Under the pieces are notes generated by a model. The model did not search any database, was not told where the DNA came from, and saw only the letters and a list, made by a program, of their open reading frames with translations. From Pseudobacteriovorax sp. (lineage in GTDB: Bacteria; Bdellovibrionota_B; Oligoflexia; Oligoflexales; Oligoflexaceae), in the NCBI GenBank assembly GCA_050293845.1, contig JBNKNM010000013.1:1-64000 (forward strand): 64,000 nt of DNA, read 5' to 3'. Positions 49,954 through 59,637 of this stretch are shown one piece after another (within the stretch, counting starts at the first letter, position 1; every line of letters starts with the position of its first letter). Both the position numbers and the translations under genes were made by a program.

Positions 49954-50316
49954 TGCTTATACTCCGCATAAAGATGAAGTGAAACTAGCCTAGCGCTATA
50001 TAAACGGGACAACTAATACATCTCAGTCAATTGAAGGGCTAGCGATGGAAGTGCTGGGCCCACGGTAATTGAGAAAAGAAAATATCTCTGTACTTTATCA
50101 TGTGCCCTATAAGATAAACTCTCGTCAAGGTTAAATTACCGTAAGATTTATTTACCTATATTTTTCAGTATCTTAGAGATCATTTTTCACGCATCTTTTC
50201 ATAATTCTTTTCCGCGACCCAGGGGGGAAGAGTCTTTCCTGCAAAACCTTTGCGAGATATAGGCAAACACTTTAGAATAGTTAGCTAACTCGTCCATTTT
50301 CGGCAGAGGTCTATTT

Positions 50317-51837
50317 ATGAACCAATTTATGATTACAAACTTTTTTCAAATGTATATTTTAGTTTGCTTGGTACTGATTAGTCCTGCTGGCTATGGAGAA
50401 TCTATCAATCTCGGCTGGGAGAGCCAAGTAAGAAGCTTCGATCCGCGCAATAATCTGGATGCCAATAGCCAGTATCTCGAAAACTTAATTCACTGCTCCC
50501 TAGTTGAGTTTGACGAAAATGGCGCAACTACCTTATCCTTAGCTTCTACAGCGACTTGGTCTGACGATGGACTACAACTTACTTTAAAGATCAAAGACAA
50601 CATTCGCTTTGCAAATGGCGCTCCCGTGACAGTCAAGGATGTCGCCGCTACCTACAAATCGCTAGTATCGCAACCGACTTTCGCCAGACATAGTCCTTTT
50701 AAAAGCATAAAGTCCGTGCAGGTGAGGGCCAATAAATCGGTGGTGTTTTCCTTAACCCAACCCGATGCCACCTTTTTGACTAACTTGGTGGTGGGCATTC
50801 TTCCTGCTGATGCTGCCAAGAAGGCAAAGAGCGTGGATTATAAGACTCCTGGCTGCGGCCCCTATATGGTGGATTCTAAGTCTATTGGAACCATTGCCTT
50901 GAAGGCTAACCCCCACTACCACCTGGGTGCCCCCCCCCAAATTAAAGAGGTCAATATCAAGATCGTTAAAAGCGAAAAAACACGGCTAGCCAAGCTTCAG
51001 ACGGGTGAGTTGGATATTGTACAAAACCTGATCAGCAGGGACCTCATCCGCACTATCGAAAAAAAATACCCCAAATTAAAAGTGCAAAAAAAACCTGCTC
51101 TCAAGACGACATACATTGGCTTTAATGTGAGGGATGATATTCTGAAGCATCGATTGGTACGCCAAGCAATCACACATGCCATCGACCGCGAGCCCATTAT
51201 TCGTCATATTCTTGGGGGGTTGGCCCTACCTGCCATTACTTTAATCCCTCCTAGCTCACCCTATTTCAATAAAAAAATTAAACCACTATCCTTCGATGTG
51301 GCAGCAGCCAATCAATTACTTGACCAAGCTGGTTTCCCTAGAAAAGGACCATACCGCTTTACCATTTCCTATAAAACCACAACGGACTCTACCCGCCTCC
51401 AAATAGCAAAGGCTATCGCCAGTCAGCTTAAGAAGGTTGGTATCAAAGTCAAGGTGGAATCCATGGAATGGGGGCGATTTTCCCAAGATGTCGCTGCCGG
51501 CAGAGTGCAAATGTGGGGACTCAAGTGGATTGGATTTAAAGACCCCGATATTTATCGCTACGCATTTGCCACCGAGAGCATTCCACCCAATGGAGGCAAT
51601 CGCGGTTACTACTCAAACCCTCAACTTGACCAACTATTAGCGCAAGGTCGCAAAACTTCTCCCCCTGAACAACGCCGTAATACATATGATAAAGTTCAGG
51701 AAATCATCTCGCGCGACTGTCCCTATGTATTTCTTTGGCATGAAGAAAATTTTGTAGTGCTCAACAAAGAGGTTAAGGGGTTTCAACTCTATGCAGATGG
51801 CCGCTTCAGTTCATTGACAAAGGTCACAAAAAAGTAG
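50317..51837 (+). CDS. Peptide/nickel ABC transporter substrate-binding protein (family 5)
   Basis: SFDP, F.NG.P.T..DV, GCGPY, VRQAI.HAIDR and GNRGYYSNP motifs. Confidence 0.92.
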   Translation: MNQFMITNFFQMYILVCLVLISPAGYGESINLGWESQVRSFDPRNNLDANSQYLENLIHCSLVEFDENGATTLSLASTATWSDDGLQLTLKIKDNIRFANGAPVTVKDVAATYKSLVSQPTFARHSPFKSIKSVQVRANKSVVFSLTQPDATFLTNLVVGILPADAAKKAKSVDYKTPGCGPYMVDSKSIGTIALKANPHYHLGAPPQIKEVNIKIVKSEKTRLAKLQTGELDIVQNLISRDLIRTIEKKYPKLKVQKKPALKTTYIGFNVRDDILKHRLVRQAITHAIDREPIIRHILGGLALPAITLIPPSSPYFNKKIKPLSFDVAAANQLLDQAGFPRKGPYRFTISYKTTTDSTRLQIAKAIASQLKKVGIKVKVESMEWGRFSQDVAAGRVQMWGLKWIGFKDPDIYRYAFATESIPPNGGNRGYYSNPQLDQLLAQGRKTSPPEQRRNTYDKVQEIISRDCPYVFLWHEENFVVLNKEVKGFQLYADGRFSSLTKVTKK

Positions 51838-51845
51838 GAGCTAGA

Positions 51846-52772
51846 TTGTTTACTTATGTCATAAAACGTCTTTTAAGCCTTATTCCAGTTTGTTTTGGTG
51901 TAGTTCTTGTCATTGCCATTATGACAAGAATGGTTCCTGGTGACCCAGTAGATGCCATATTAGGTGATTATGCCAGCGAAGTTGAAAAACAAGACATGCG
52001 TCATGCATTACACTTAGACATACCAGTGTCACAGCAGATAACGCATTACTTTACCCGCCTTTTGCAAGGTGATCTGGGTAATAGCCTAGTTTATACCCGT
52101 CCCGTAGTCTCTATGATAACTGAAAGGCTGCCAGCAACCTGCCAATTGGCCTTAAGCTCGCTCCTCGTAGCCATTCTTATCGCCATTCCTTCGGGAATCA
52201 TGGCAGCCTATAAAAAAGGGACGATTACCGATCTCGCTACTATGAGCTTTGCCATCGCTGGTGTCGCCATTCCCAACTTTTGGCTGGGCCCCATGCTTGT
52301 TTTGCTTTTCAGCGTACAACTAGGGTGGTTGCCAGTATCAGAAAAAACAGACTGGATGAGCTTTGTCCTTCCTTCACTCACTATGGGAACAGCACTGGCA
52401 GCAGCGTTAAGCCGTATTACCCGGAACTCATTTCTCGATACTATGACAGAGGATTTTGTCCGTACCGCACGCGCTAAAGGTTGCTCAGATAGCCGAATAT
52501 TGCTAAACCACGTTTTCCGCAATGCATCCCTGCCATTAGTTACTGTTGTGGGACTTCAGTTTGGTGTACTGCTAACAGGTGCCGTTATAACCGAAAAAAT
52601 TTTTGACTGGCCAGGAGTGGGTAGTCTCCTCCTGGAAGGCATCCATACTAGAGATTATTTTGTTATTCAGGGCTGCGTTCTTGTATTTTCGTTTTCCTAC
52701 CTCATAGTCAATTTTTTTACAGATATAGTCTATAGTCTCGTTGATCCACGCATTAGGATACAAGATTCATGA
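51846..52772 (+). CDS. Peptide ABC transporter permease (DppB/OppB-like)
   Basis: PGDP, GDLG.S, P.FWLG, FVRTARAKG and DPRI motifs. Confidence 0.93.
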   Translation: MFTYVIKRLLSLIPVCFGVVLVIAIMTRMVPGDPVDAILGDYASEVEKQDMRHALHLDIPVSQQITHYFTRLLQGDLGNSLVYTRPVVSMITERLPATCQLALSSLLVAILIAIPSGIMAAYKKGTITDLATMSFAIAGVAIPNFWLGPMLVLLFSVQLGWLPVSEKTDWMSFVLPSLTMGTALAAALSRITRNSFLDTMTEDFVRTARAKGCSDSRILLNHVFRNASLPLVTVVGLQFGVLLTGAVITEKIFDWPGVGSLLLEGIHTRDYFVIQGCVLVFSFSYLIVNFFTDIVYSLVDPRIRIQDS

Positions 52773-53632
52773 TCAAATCTGCTGGAGACAGTTTAAAAAT
52801 GTTTAGAGTGCTGAGCCGCAACCCTAGGTTTGTCATGGGAGTCAGTTTTTTTATTTTGGTAATAGTAGCAGCTATACTGGCTCCTTATGTCAGCCCTTAT
52901 CAGTTGGATGATGGCGATTTTACAAACCGTCTCTGCGCCCCAAGCCCGACACATTTCTGGGGTTGTGATATTAATGGTAACGATGTTTTTACCATCATGC
53001 TTTGGGGATCTCGCGCATCACTTTATGTGGGATTCCTTACAGTGGTGCTATCTATCACAATCGGCGTCCTAGTAGGTTTAATTGCAGGCTATTTTGGCTC
53101 TTGGATTGACATGCTTCTCATGAGAGTCGTGGATATTTTTATGGCATTTCCAGGAATTCTCTTGGCCATGTCCCTGACAGCTCTCCTGGGACCTAGCCTC
53201 AATACCGTAATTTTTGCCATTGCTGCAACGGGGTGGACCAGCGCTGCACGCCTTGTCCGTGGCCAAGTTTTATCTTTAAGAAGTCGCGAATTTGTAGTGG
53301 CCAGCCGCGCCTTTGGAGGCAGCCCTGCAAGACAAATGTTTCAGCATATTTTACCGCATACTTTAACTCCTTTGATTGTCCATGGCACATTCGCCTTATC
53401 GGGGGTCATTATTGTCGAGGCCGGCCTTAGTTTTTTGGGGTTAGGAGCCCAAGACACCACCCTCACTTGGGGAGGGTTATTAAGCCAGACTAGCGAGATA
53501 CAGTTAATGTCTGGACTTCATCTGAGCATTATTCCAGGGCTTGCTATTTTCCTACTGGTCATGTCCTTAAATTTCATCGGTGACTCCTTAAGGGATTATC
53601 TAGATCCTAGAGAAACCCTAACTGATTTATAG
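52769..53632 (+). CDS. Peptide ABC transporter permease (DppC/OppC-like)
   Basis: H.WG.D..G.D, ARLVRG, EFV.A, HILP, LSFLGLG and GD.LRD.LDP motifs. Confidence 0.93.
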   Translation: MIKSAGDSLKMFRVLSRNPRFVMGVSFFILVIVAAILAPYVSPYQLDDGDFTNRLCAPSPTHFWGCDINGNDVFTIMLWGSRASLYVGFLTVVLSITIGVLVGLIAGYFGSWIDMLLMRVVDIFMAFPGILLAMSLTALLGPSLNTVIFAIAATGWTSAARLVRGQVLSLRSREFVVASRAFGGSPARQMFQHILPHTLTPLIVHGTFALSGVIIVEAGLSFLGLGAQDTTLTWGGLLSQTSEIQLMSGLHLSIIPGLAIFLLVMSLNFIGDSLRDYLDPRETLTDL

Positions 53633-53712
53633 AAACACAGTTGAGCCCAAGCCTACACCTATCAGTGAAAATTTTACAACTACGGTTTAAACCTACTCAA
53701 TACCTGTATAAT

Positions 53713-53745
53713 TTGATAGATTAGATAATGTATCTAATCTATCAA
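53713..53745. promoter_or_regulatory. Perfect 15-bp inverted repeat immediately after a TATAAT box
   Basis: TTGATAGATTAGATA-ATG-TATCTAATCTATCAA, with TATAAT at 53707-53712. Confidence 0.7.
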
Positions 53746-53770
53746 TATCACTTAATTGTAGGAAATCAGA

Positions 53771-54148
53771 ATGAGAAAAAAAGTGCTCGTAGTCGACGAT
53801 TCATTAACGGCCCGCAAGGTCGTGGTCGAGTGCTTGGAGGAGCATGGTTGCGAGGTAATTGAAGCTGAAGATGGCAAAAAAGGTTTAGAACAGCTACAAG
53901 GAAATGAAGACATATCACTTATTTTTTCAGATATAAATATGCCTTGGATGACAGGACTAGAAATGATTGAAGAAATAAAAAAGGATACTAAATTCAGCAA
54001 TATTCCCATCTGCATGCTTACGACGGAAAGTAGCACGGATGCTATAACAGTTGCAAAAAAGCTAGGTGTGGATGCTTACTTGGTTAAACCCATACAGAAA
54101 GATCAACTAAAAGTGGTTGTTGATGGTTACATTAAAAATGCAGGCTAG
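53771..54148 (+). CDS. Single-domain response regulator (CheY-like)
   Basis: VVDDS, DINMP, MLTTE and KP motifs. Confidence 0.92.
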   Translation: MRKKVLVVDDSLTARKVVVECLEEHGCEVIEAEDGKKGLEQLQGNEDISLIFSDINMPWMTGLEMIEEIKKDTKFSNIPICMLTTESSTDAITVAKKLGVDAYLVKPIQKDQLKVVVDGYIKNAG

Positions 54149-55883
54149 AACTATTTGATATCCATGAATCAGGTTGTTCAATCATAAACCTAATCAGGCT
54201 GTTTTTAAGGTGATCGTCGAATATTTTGGGTTGTAGGCGCTCTTTTACTTCCATAATTATTTTTTTCTTCTCAGCATCTAAGGTATCTATGTAAGCTTTT
54301 TTTAAATTTTCATACTGCTCCGGCCATTGGTTTCTCAATCGCTCCAGCTCAGCAGTTGCGGCGGCTTTTAGTTTTTTTTGTTTTGCACTAGAGTCTATAT
54401 TCGCAACCTTAATGTCGACCTCCGGTTTAGGTTTGGGACTACTGCTACGAAGACTACTGGAAGACGGTTGACGAAAGTCGGCAGACAGGCTATCGCCAAG
54501 AGCGACAAAATATGGGAACATCTCCGGATCACGCTGGGTTTTTGGACTAATCAAACTAAGTCCAGAAAGACCTTCAATTTCTTGCAGTAAGTCATGCCCA
54601 TCCTCTCTGATTTGAGCTACGAACTTTTCAAATCTAGGGATAACATCTTCCTTATGATGGGGGCTCGCTAATTCCCATAAATGCTGCCACCGCACAAACT
54701 CAATTAAGGGGGTTTTATGGTTTGGCATTTGTCTGATAAACCATTCCATAAACAAGCAACGTGCAGAGATTAGGATGTTGTTATTCACTATCCCCAGATA
54801 GTCTGCATCTTCGCAACGCCCGAGTTCTTGCCACAACTTACCTAAATCTTCTGCAAGTTTTCCATTGTAAAGGCTACCTGCCAACACTAAAAGTATTGAA
54901 GGTAAATTGGAGGTAAAGGTTCGTTCCCGCAATACTTCCAAAGATGCCGCTGCAAACTCCTCCTGGGAGTTTTGATTTAAGTATTCTGGAGAAGCCTGCC
55001 AAACAACGGAAAAATCTTCCGTAGGGCTGAAGGGAATAAAACCCTCATCTAGATCAAAATTCATTAGACCATGATCAGCCAGTTTTCGCCCCAGGCGATC
55101 CATGACTCGTTTTTTGATGCGGAAAGGACTCCAATCACGACTTTTTCCACGGGCTTTTGGGATCTCAAGATCCTGCATCATGTCTTCAAAAGTACTGCCG
55201 AAAACACCGTCCAACCGCAACCAATTTTGATCCCACTGCATGACTTTCTCTAGCCTTAGCAATAATACCTGTTCAATACCTTGCAGGTCTAACCAAGCAG
55301 ACTGCCATAACCGCAAAGGACCTCGTCCCCCTAATATTCTTTGTGCTCGGGGGATCTTCTTTAGATAGCGGCATAGATCAGAGTATGGTTCCACATACCC
55401 CAAAACCAGTTCTGGGCCTAAGTCAGCAAGTTCAACCTCAATGGTAAGCCCTTGGTACATTCCTTGACGCTTCCATACTTGCTCGGTAAACAGCGAGCTA
55501 ACTTCAAAACCTTCACCCTTATTGCCTGTGAGTAACTGCATCCCAGTCAGTATTTGCAGGATTCTTTCAAACGCAAAAATGCGATGCTTTGCTGTCGAGG
55601 AAACGAACTTTCTATGTTCGACCGGGTCCAAGATTATTTTGAGTTTGCCTTTAAAAAGCTGCTTTTGAATATTTGAAATAACAATGGCTAAAGCACTCAA
55701 CTCCACGGAGCTGAATGCCGGGCTCGTACCAGACTCACAGGAAACCTCCATCGGCGACAGATGAGGAGTCTTCGCTAAAGTGGAAACCTCATAGGCCCTG
55801 ACCCACCAAGAGGGATTATATAAGATTGTGTTTAGTGTTTTCTGGTACATAGGCCCTTGACAAATCAAGAAATATTGACGCAT
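54132..55883 (-). CDS. Hypothetical 583-aa protein (possible winged-helix/initiator-like N-terminus)
   Basis: Long intact ORF with no confidently recognised motif. Confidence 0.65.
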   Translation of the reverse strand: MRQYFLICQGPMYQKTLNTILYNPSWWVRAYEVSTLAKTPHLSPMEVSCESGTSPAFSSVELSALAIVISNIQKQLFKGKLKIILDPVEHRKFVSSTAKHRIFAFERILQILTGMQLLTGNKGEGFEVSSLFTEQVWKRQGMYQGLTIEVELADLGPELVLGYVEPYSDLCRYLKKIPRAQRILGGRGPLRLWQSAWLDLQGIEQVLLLRLEKVMQWDQNWLRLDGVFGSTFEDMMQDLEIPKARGKSRDWSPFRIKKRVMDRLGRKLADHGLMNFDLDEGFIPFSPTEDFSVVWQASPEYLNQNSQEEFAAASLEVLRERTFTSNLPSILLVLAGSLYNGKLAEDLGKLWQELGRCEDADYLGIVNNNILISARCLFMEWFIRQMPNHKTPLIEFVRWQHLWELASPHHKEDVIPRFEKFVAQIREDGHDLLQEIEGLSGLSLISPKTQRDPEMFPYFVALGDSLSADFRQPSSSSLRSSSPKPKPEVDIKVANIDSSAKQKKLKAAATAELERLRNQWPEQYENLKKAYIDTLDAEKKKIIMEVKERLQPKIFDDHLKNSLIRFMIEQPDSWISNSSSLHF

Positions 55884-55933
55884 ACAAACTCAGGTCATAC
55901 TAGCCGGCTACTCTAATACATGTCCCCAAGATT

Positions 55934-56485
55934 TTAAAGGACGAACTGACTTAGTTGATGACTCGCTTTAACTCGCCCCTTAGATTTATGGAATAATGAT
56001 ATTATCCTTTTTTTAGCTACTTCCCAGTCGGCCGTATTAACCTGGAACCATATATAGACTCTATAACTGTACATTTTTGTGGGAAGTTCTGGTCGATCAT
56101 AGCCCTCAAAGTATAGATCTTTCTGTGCTGCCAATGCTATCTGACGTAATTCCTCATGGATGTCAACCTCGTGCTCAAAGAGCTTGCTATGCGACCCTCG
56201 AAGGTCATGCCCTTTAGGCATAAAACTATACAGGATTTTGATAACATTCTCCACACCAGCGTCTCTAGTCGCTACGATACAATCTGTAACAACCTCACAG
56301 TCCTCCTCATTGGTGAATATGAGATCTACTACGGATGAATTGTTTGCCTGGTTTAGCAGAGGCTTGCGAGACTGAAGCCACAATGGCCTATCTTGTTTGC
56401 TTTTTTCGACTAGCTTGCGAGGGGAGGTTGAAGTGCAAGCGATAAAAAAGGGCAGGAGCCAGATAAAGCCTTTAAATTTCAACAT
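55934..56485 (-). CDS. Hypothetical lipoprotein (LPP20-like pattern)
   Basis: Lipobox FIAC, RPLW, DLYFE and YRVYI. Confidence 0.6.
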   Translation of the reverse strand: MLKFKGFIWLLPFFIACTSTSPRKLVEKSKQDRPLWLQSRKPLLNQANNSSVVDLIFTNEEDCEVVTDCIVATRDAGVENVIKILYSFMPKGHDLRGSHSKLFEHEVDIHEELRQIALAAQKDLYFEGYDRPELPTKMYSYRVYIWFQVNTADWEVAKKRIISLFHKSKGRVKASHQLSQFVL

Positions 56486-56495
56486 ATTTTCCCAT

Positions 56496-56705
56496 CTATT
56501 GATTTTGTTTTTGCTGCTTTTTTCTGAGATTCAGAATATCGCTTTCCGCCATCCTGATCTCCTTCATATAGTCTGTCATAGTTTGTCCTGAAGTTTTTCG
56601 CAACTGTCTGATGCGATCAAGAACTTGATCGAAAAGATGGGGGTCATTTTGAATGATTTCTTTTAAAATCAAAAGCTCATCTTGGACTCTTCTGTTACGT
56701 GCCAT
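56496..56705 (-). CDS. Small hypothetical helical protein
   Basis: ATG 56705 follows a strong AGGAGGTG Shine-Dalgarno. Confidence 0.65.
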   Translation of the reverse strand: MARNRRVQDELLILKEIIQNDPHLFDQVLDRIRQLRKTSGQTMTDYMKEIRMAESDILNLRKKQQKQNQ

Positions 56706-56775
56706 ATCACCTCCTACCATAGTCTCACTCTTATATCGGTAGCTGCCCTACTTAGTGAATAGGGGGTCATAGGCA

Positions 56776-57462
56776 TTAATTGTACAGCTCTTGGATGTTT
56801 GCAGTATCTCCCTCGCTTAGGCTGTGCGTATACATATAAGGTCCGATGAAAGTCTTTGCATGCATGATTGAATTCTCATCATCATCGATACTCACATGAT
56901 CCAGCCCTAGTAAGTGGCCAAACTCGTGCAAAATCACCGTCTCCGCATCAACAACAAAGTCAGACCTCTCTGGTTCTAAGGGACTCTTAGTGGCATCTTG
57001 AAAAAGATAAACCTCTGCATTCATTATGATATCTGCTTTTACAATTTCATCGCTAGAGGGAGCATTTTCCCAAACTGTCGTTGCTAAAGTAGTTGAAGCC
57101 TTATCGGTGGTTTCAATCCATTCCTCTTCGTAATAAATTATCGTGTCAGTGTCATCTAAACTATCGTACAAATTGTCCCCCCTCTCCGACTCTGTCACAC
57201 CAACAAAGGAGAGCACCTCATACCCTACGGCATCGTTCCAGGTTTCAGCAGCAGCAACGCTAGCTTCGATAATGGTGTCTGAGGCTTGGGACTCCACATA
57301 GAAGGCAACCACTGAAGTCCATCCCGTGGTACTATGGAAGGCAATTCCTGATTTAGCGTATTGGTTTTGTGAAGAAGTTTCATCAATATGATACCGATTT
57401 TCGGCGGTACCGCAGGACACGAGTGAATAGACAACCATACAGAAATAAAGAGAAATTCGCAC
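56776..57462 (-). CDS. Matrixin (M10) family zinc metalloprotease, lipoprotein
   Basis: Lipobox LVSC, HEFGHLLGLDH, Met-turn SIM and LS.GD...IQ.LY. Confidence 0.9.
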   Translation of the reverse strand: MRISLYFCMVVYSLVSCGTAENRYHIDETSSQNQYAKSGIAFHSTTGWTSVVAFYVESQASDTIIEASVAAAETWNDAVGYEVLSFVGVTESERGDNLYDSLDDTDTIIYYEEEWIETTDKASTTLATTVWENAPSSDEIVKADIIMNAEVYLFQDATKSPLEPERSDFVVDAETVILHEFGHLLGLDHVSIDDDENSIMHAKTFIGPYMYTHSLSEGDTANIQELYN

Positions 57463-57609
57463 AATAGCCTCCTACCACGAATTTCTCTAAATTTAAATCA
57501 CTCACCGGGTCTATAAAAATCATCTTCGGGAATCACAAAAAGAATGTGAGTATTTTTCTAAAAATAATATTTTTATATTAATTTAAGTAGTTTATATCTT
57601 TAGCAGCCA

Positions 57610-58314
57610 CTAAATTAAGTGCCTCACCCAACCCAACATGAAGGATTTACCCTTCCTTTTTATAGTAAGGGAGTCACTTCTACGGAACTTCAGCAAGTAA
57701 TCTTCGTACTCCAGCCGTAACCCGTCAGATAGTGTGAGAAAATAGTCGATTTTGATTCCTGGGCTCACCACACGGGCTGTAACAACAGCCTTTTCTGGGT
57801 AGGCATAAAATTTGTCGATACGCTTAAGGTGGGCACCCACTCCTAGGAGCACCCGCACAGTCGGTGAAACATCGTAGACTAAGCCAGCTAGAATGCCGGG
57901 AAGACTAAACATCCGGGCTCTGCGATAGTTTTGTTTGGAATCCGCAGTTTCAAAGAGGTTGGAGCCAAACTGAGTGCCCAGATAATAGCCTAAACCACCC
58001 CCTATCTGAATATGGAAGGCATAGGAAAAACGGAGCGAGTACTGGGATGTTCTGTAATAAAAATCGTGAGTTACAACTTCATCCTGCTGCTGAGTGCTGG
58101 GTAGTTGCCCTTCCCAACAGCCACTATCCAGAGCCAGTGCCAGCACAAAGTTATGTCCCTTGCGAAAACCACGCAATACCTGATCCCAGCGATCTTGGTT
58201 GTTGCGCAGGTCACTCGTTTCAAAAAATTCTGCAGCCTCAACCCCAAGTGTATTCGTGGTTTTCAATAATAATAGAGCAAACAAACTAAGACTAAATAGC
58301 TTTGTTTTGAGCAT
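57610..58314 (-). CDS. Hypothetical outer-membrane beta-barrel-like protein
   Basis: Signal peptide from ATG 58314, amphipathic aromatic strands. Confidence 0.55.
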   Translation of the reverse strand: MLKTKLFSLSLFALLLLKTTNTLGVEAAEFFETSDLRNNQDRWDQVLRGFRKGHNFVLALALDSGCWEGQLPSTQQQDEVVTHDFYYRTSQYSLRFSYAFHIQIGGGLGYYLGTQFGSNLFETADSKQNYRRARMFSLPGILAGLVYDVSPTVRVLLGVGAHLKRIDKFYAYPEKAVVTARVVSPGIKIDYFLTLSDGLRLEYEDYLLKFRRSDSLTIKRKGKSFMLGWVRHLI

Positions 58315-58407
58315 ATGGAATCTCTGGGCTTTAATTTGAAAAATCCTTAAGCTATAACTCTCTACTTCGTAGTAAGCAGATCCTAGAAGCAATCGAAAGA
58401 GGATGTT

Positions 58408-59586
58408 ATGGATAATCTATCTCCCTTACAAAAGATTTGGGATGATCTCCTTAGTTATACTCCAAATCAAGACCCCTTAATCCTAAGCTTAGCATTGGCT
58501 TTTGTCACCTTGCTAGTGGTTAGTATTATCTGGCTGCTATTGCGTCCTAAGAAAGCTGTGAAAAAGGCTTCCAAAACGGAAAAGGCAGCTGAAAAAATAC
58601 AACCAGCTCCTGCAGAGAGGTCGCCCGATGAGCAAGCTGTTAGCAGCGATGTCGCTGAGATTCGCTCTCTCGATAGGGGGGGCTGGTTGCAAAAATTACA
58701 TTCAGGTTTAGCGCGTACTCGAGGAAGTCTAGTTGACGGGATAGCTAAGCTGATTTCTAGTCAAGATTCTCTAGGTGAGGAGCAGCTGGATGAAATCCAT
58801 GAACTGCTATTTCGTGCCGACCTTGGCGTTGAAACCGCTGATAAACTCGTTGATGCCATCAGAACCTTTGTTAAGGAGCACCCCGATGCGGGCTGGGATG
58901 AAATTAAAAAATCATTAGAAAATCATGTACTTACCATCCTAGAGTCCGGTACTAAAGAAGAGAGTCTACCGACACAAGGCCCCCGTGTCATTCTCATCGT
59001 TGGGGTCAATGGCGTAGGAAAAACGACAAGTATCGGCAAATTAGGGGCCCACTTTATGGCTGCTGACAAGAAGGTATTGCTCTGCGCTGCTGATACTTAT
59101 CGCGCAGCCGCCATCGATCAGTTACAGGTATGGGGGGAGCGCTTGGGTTGCGATGTGGTCAAGCATAACCCTGGGGCAGACCCAGCTTCTGTCGCCTATG
59201 ACGGTGTAAAAGCGGCGATATCTCGTAAATGTGATATACTACTAGTGGATACTGCTGGCCGTCTCCATAACAAAGTTGAACTTATGGACGAGCTGGGAAA
59301 AATCAAGCGCGTTATCGGCAAAGACCTCCCTGGCGCCCCCCATGAGACCTGGTTAGTGATCGACGCAACAACCGGCCAAAACGCCTTTCAGCAAGTAAAA
59401 GCCTTCTCGGAAGTTGTGGACCTTAGCGGGTTAGTAGTGACAAAATTAGATGGTACCGCGAAAGGTGGTGTCGTCATAGGGGTTACAGATCGTTTTGGTC
59501 TCCCCATTCGATATATTGGTGTCGGGGAAAAGGCTGCTGACTTAAGGGGTTTTGAACCTCAAGACTTTGCAAGCTCGCTTTTTTAA
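58408..59586 (+). CDS. ftsY: Signal recognition particle receptor FtsY with N-terminal TM anchor
   Basis: GVNGVGKTT, DTYRAAA, DTAGR and TKLDGTAKGG motifs. Confidence 0.97.
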   Translation: MDNLSPLQKIWDDLLSYTPNQDPLILSLALAFVTLLVVSIIWLLLRPKKAVKKASKTEKAAEKIQPAPAERSPDEQAVSSDVAEIRSLDRGGWLQKLHSGLARTRGSLVDGIAKLISSQDSLGEEQLDEIHELLFRADLGVETADKLVDAIRTFVKEHPDAGWDEIKKSLENHVLTILESGTKEESLPTQGPRVILIVGVNGVGKTTSIGKLGAHFMAADKKVLLCAADTYRAAAIDQLQVWGERLGCDVVKHNPGADPASVAYDGVKAAISRKCDILLVDTAGRLHNKVELMDELGKIKRVIGKDLPGAPHETWLVIDATTGQNAFQQVKAFSEVVDLSGLVVTKLDGTAKGGVVIGVTDRFGLPIRYIGVGEKAADLRGFEPQDFASSLF

Positions 59587-59596
59587 GGAAACTTCT

Positions 59597-59637
59597 TGTC
59601 ACTAAGTTGTATGGCAGCTTCGTGACATCTTTTTTTT
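59597..59637 (+). terminator. Intrinsic terminator after ftsY
   Basis: TGTCAC..AAGTTG/CAGCTT..GTGACA followed by TCTTTTTTTT. Confidence 0.6.
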
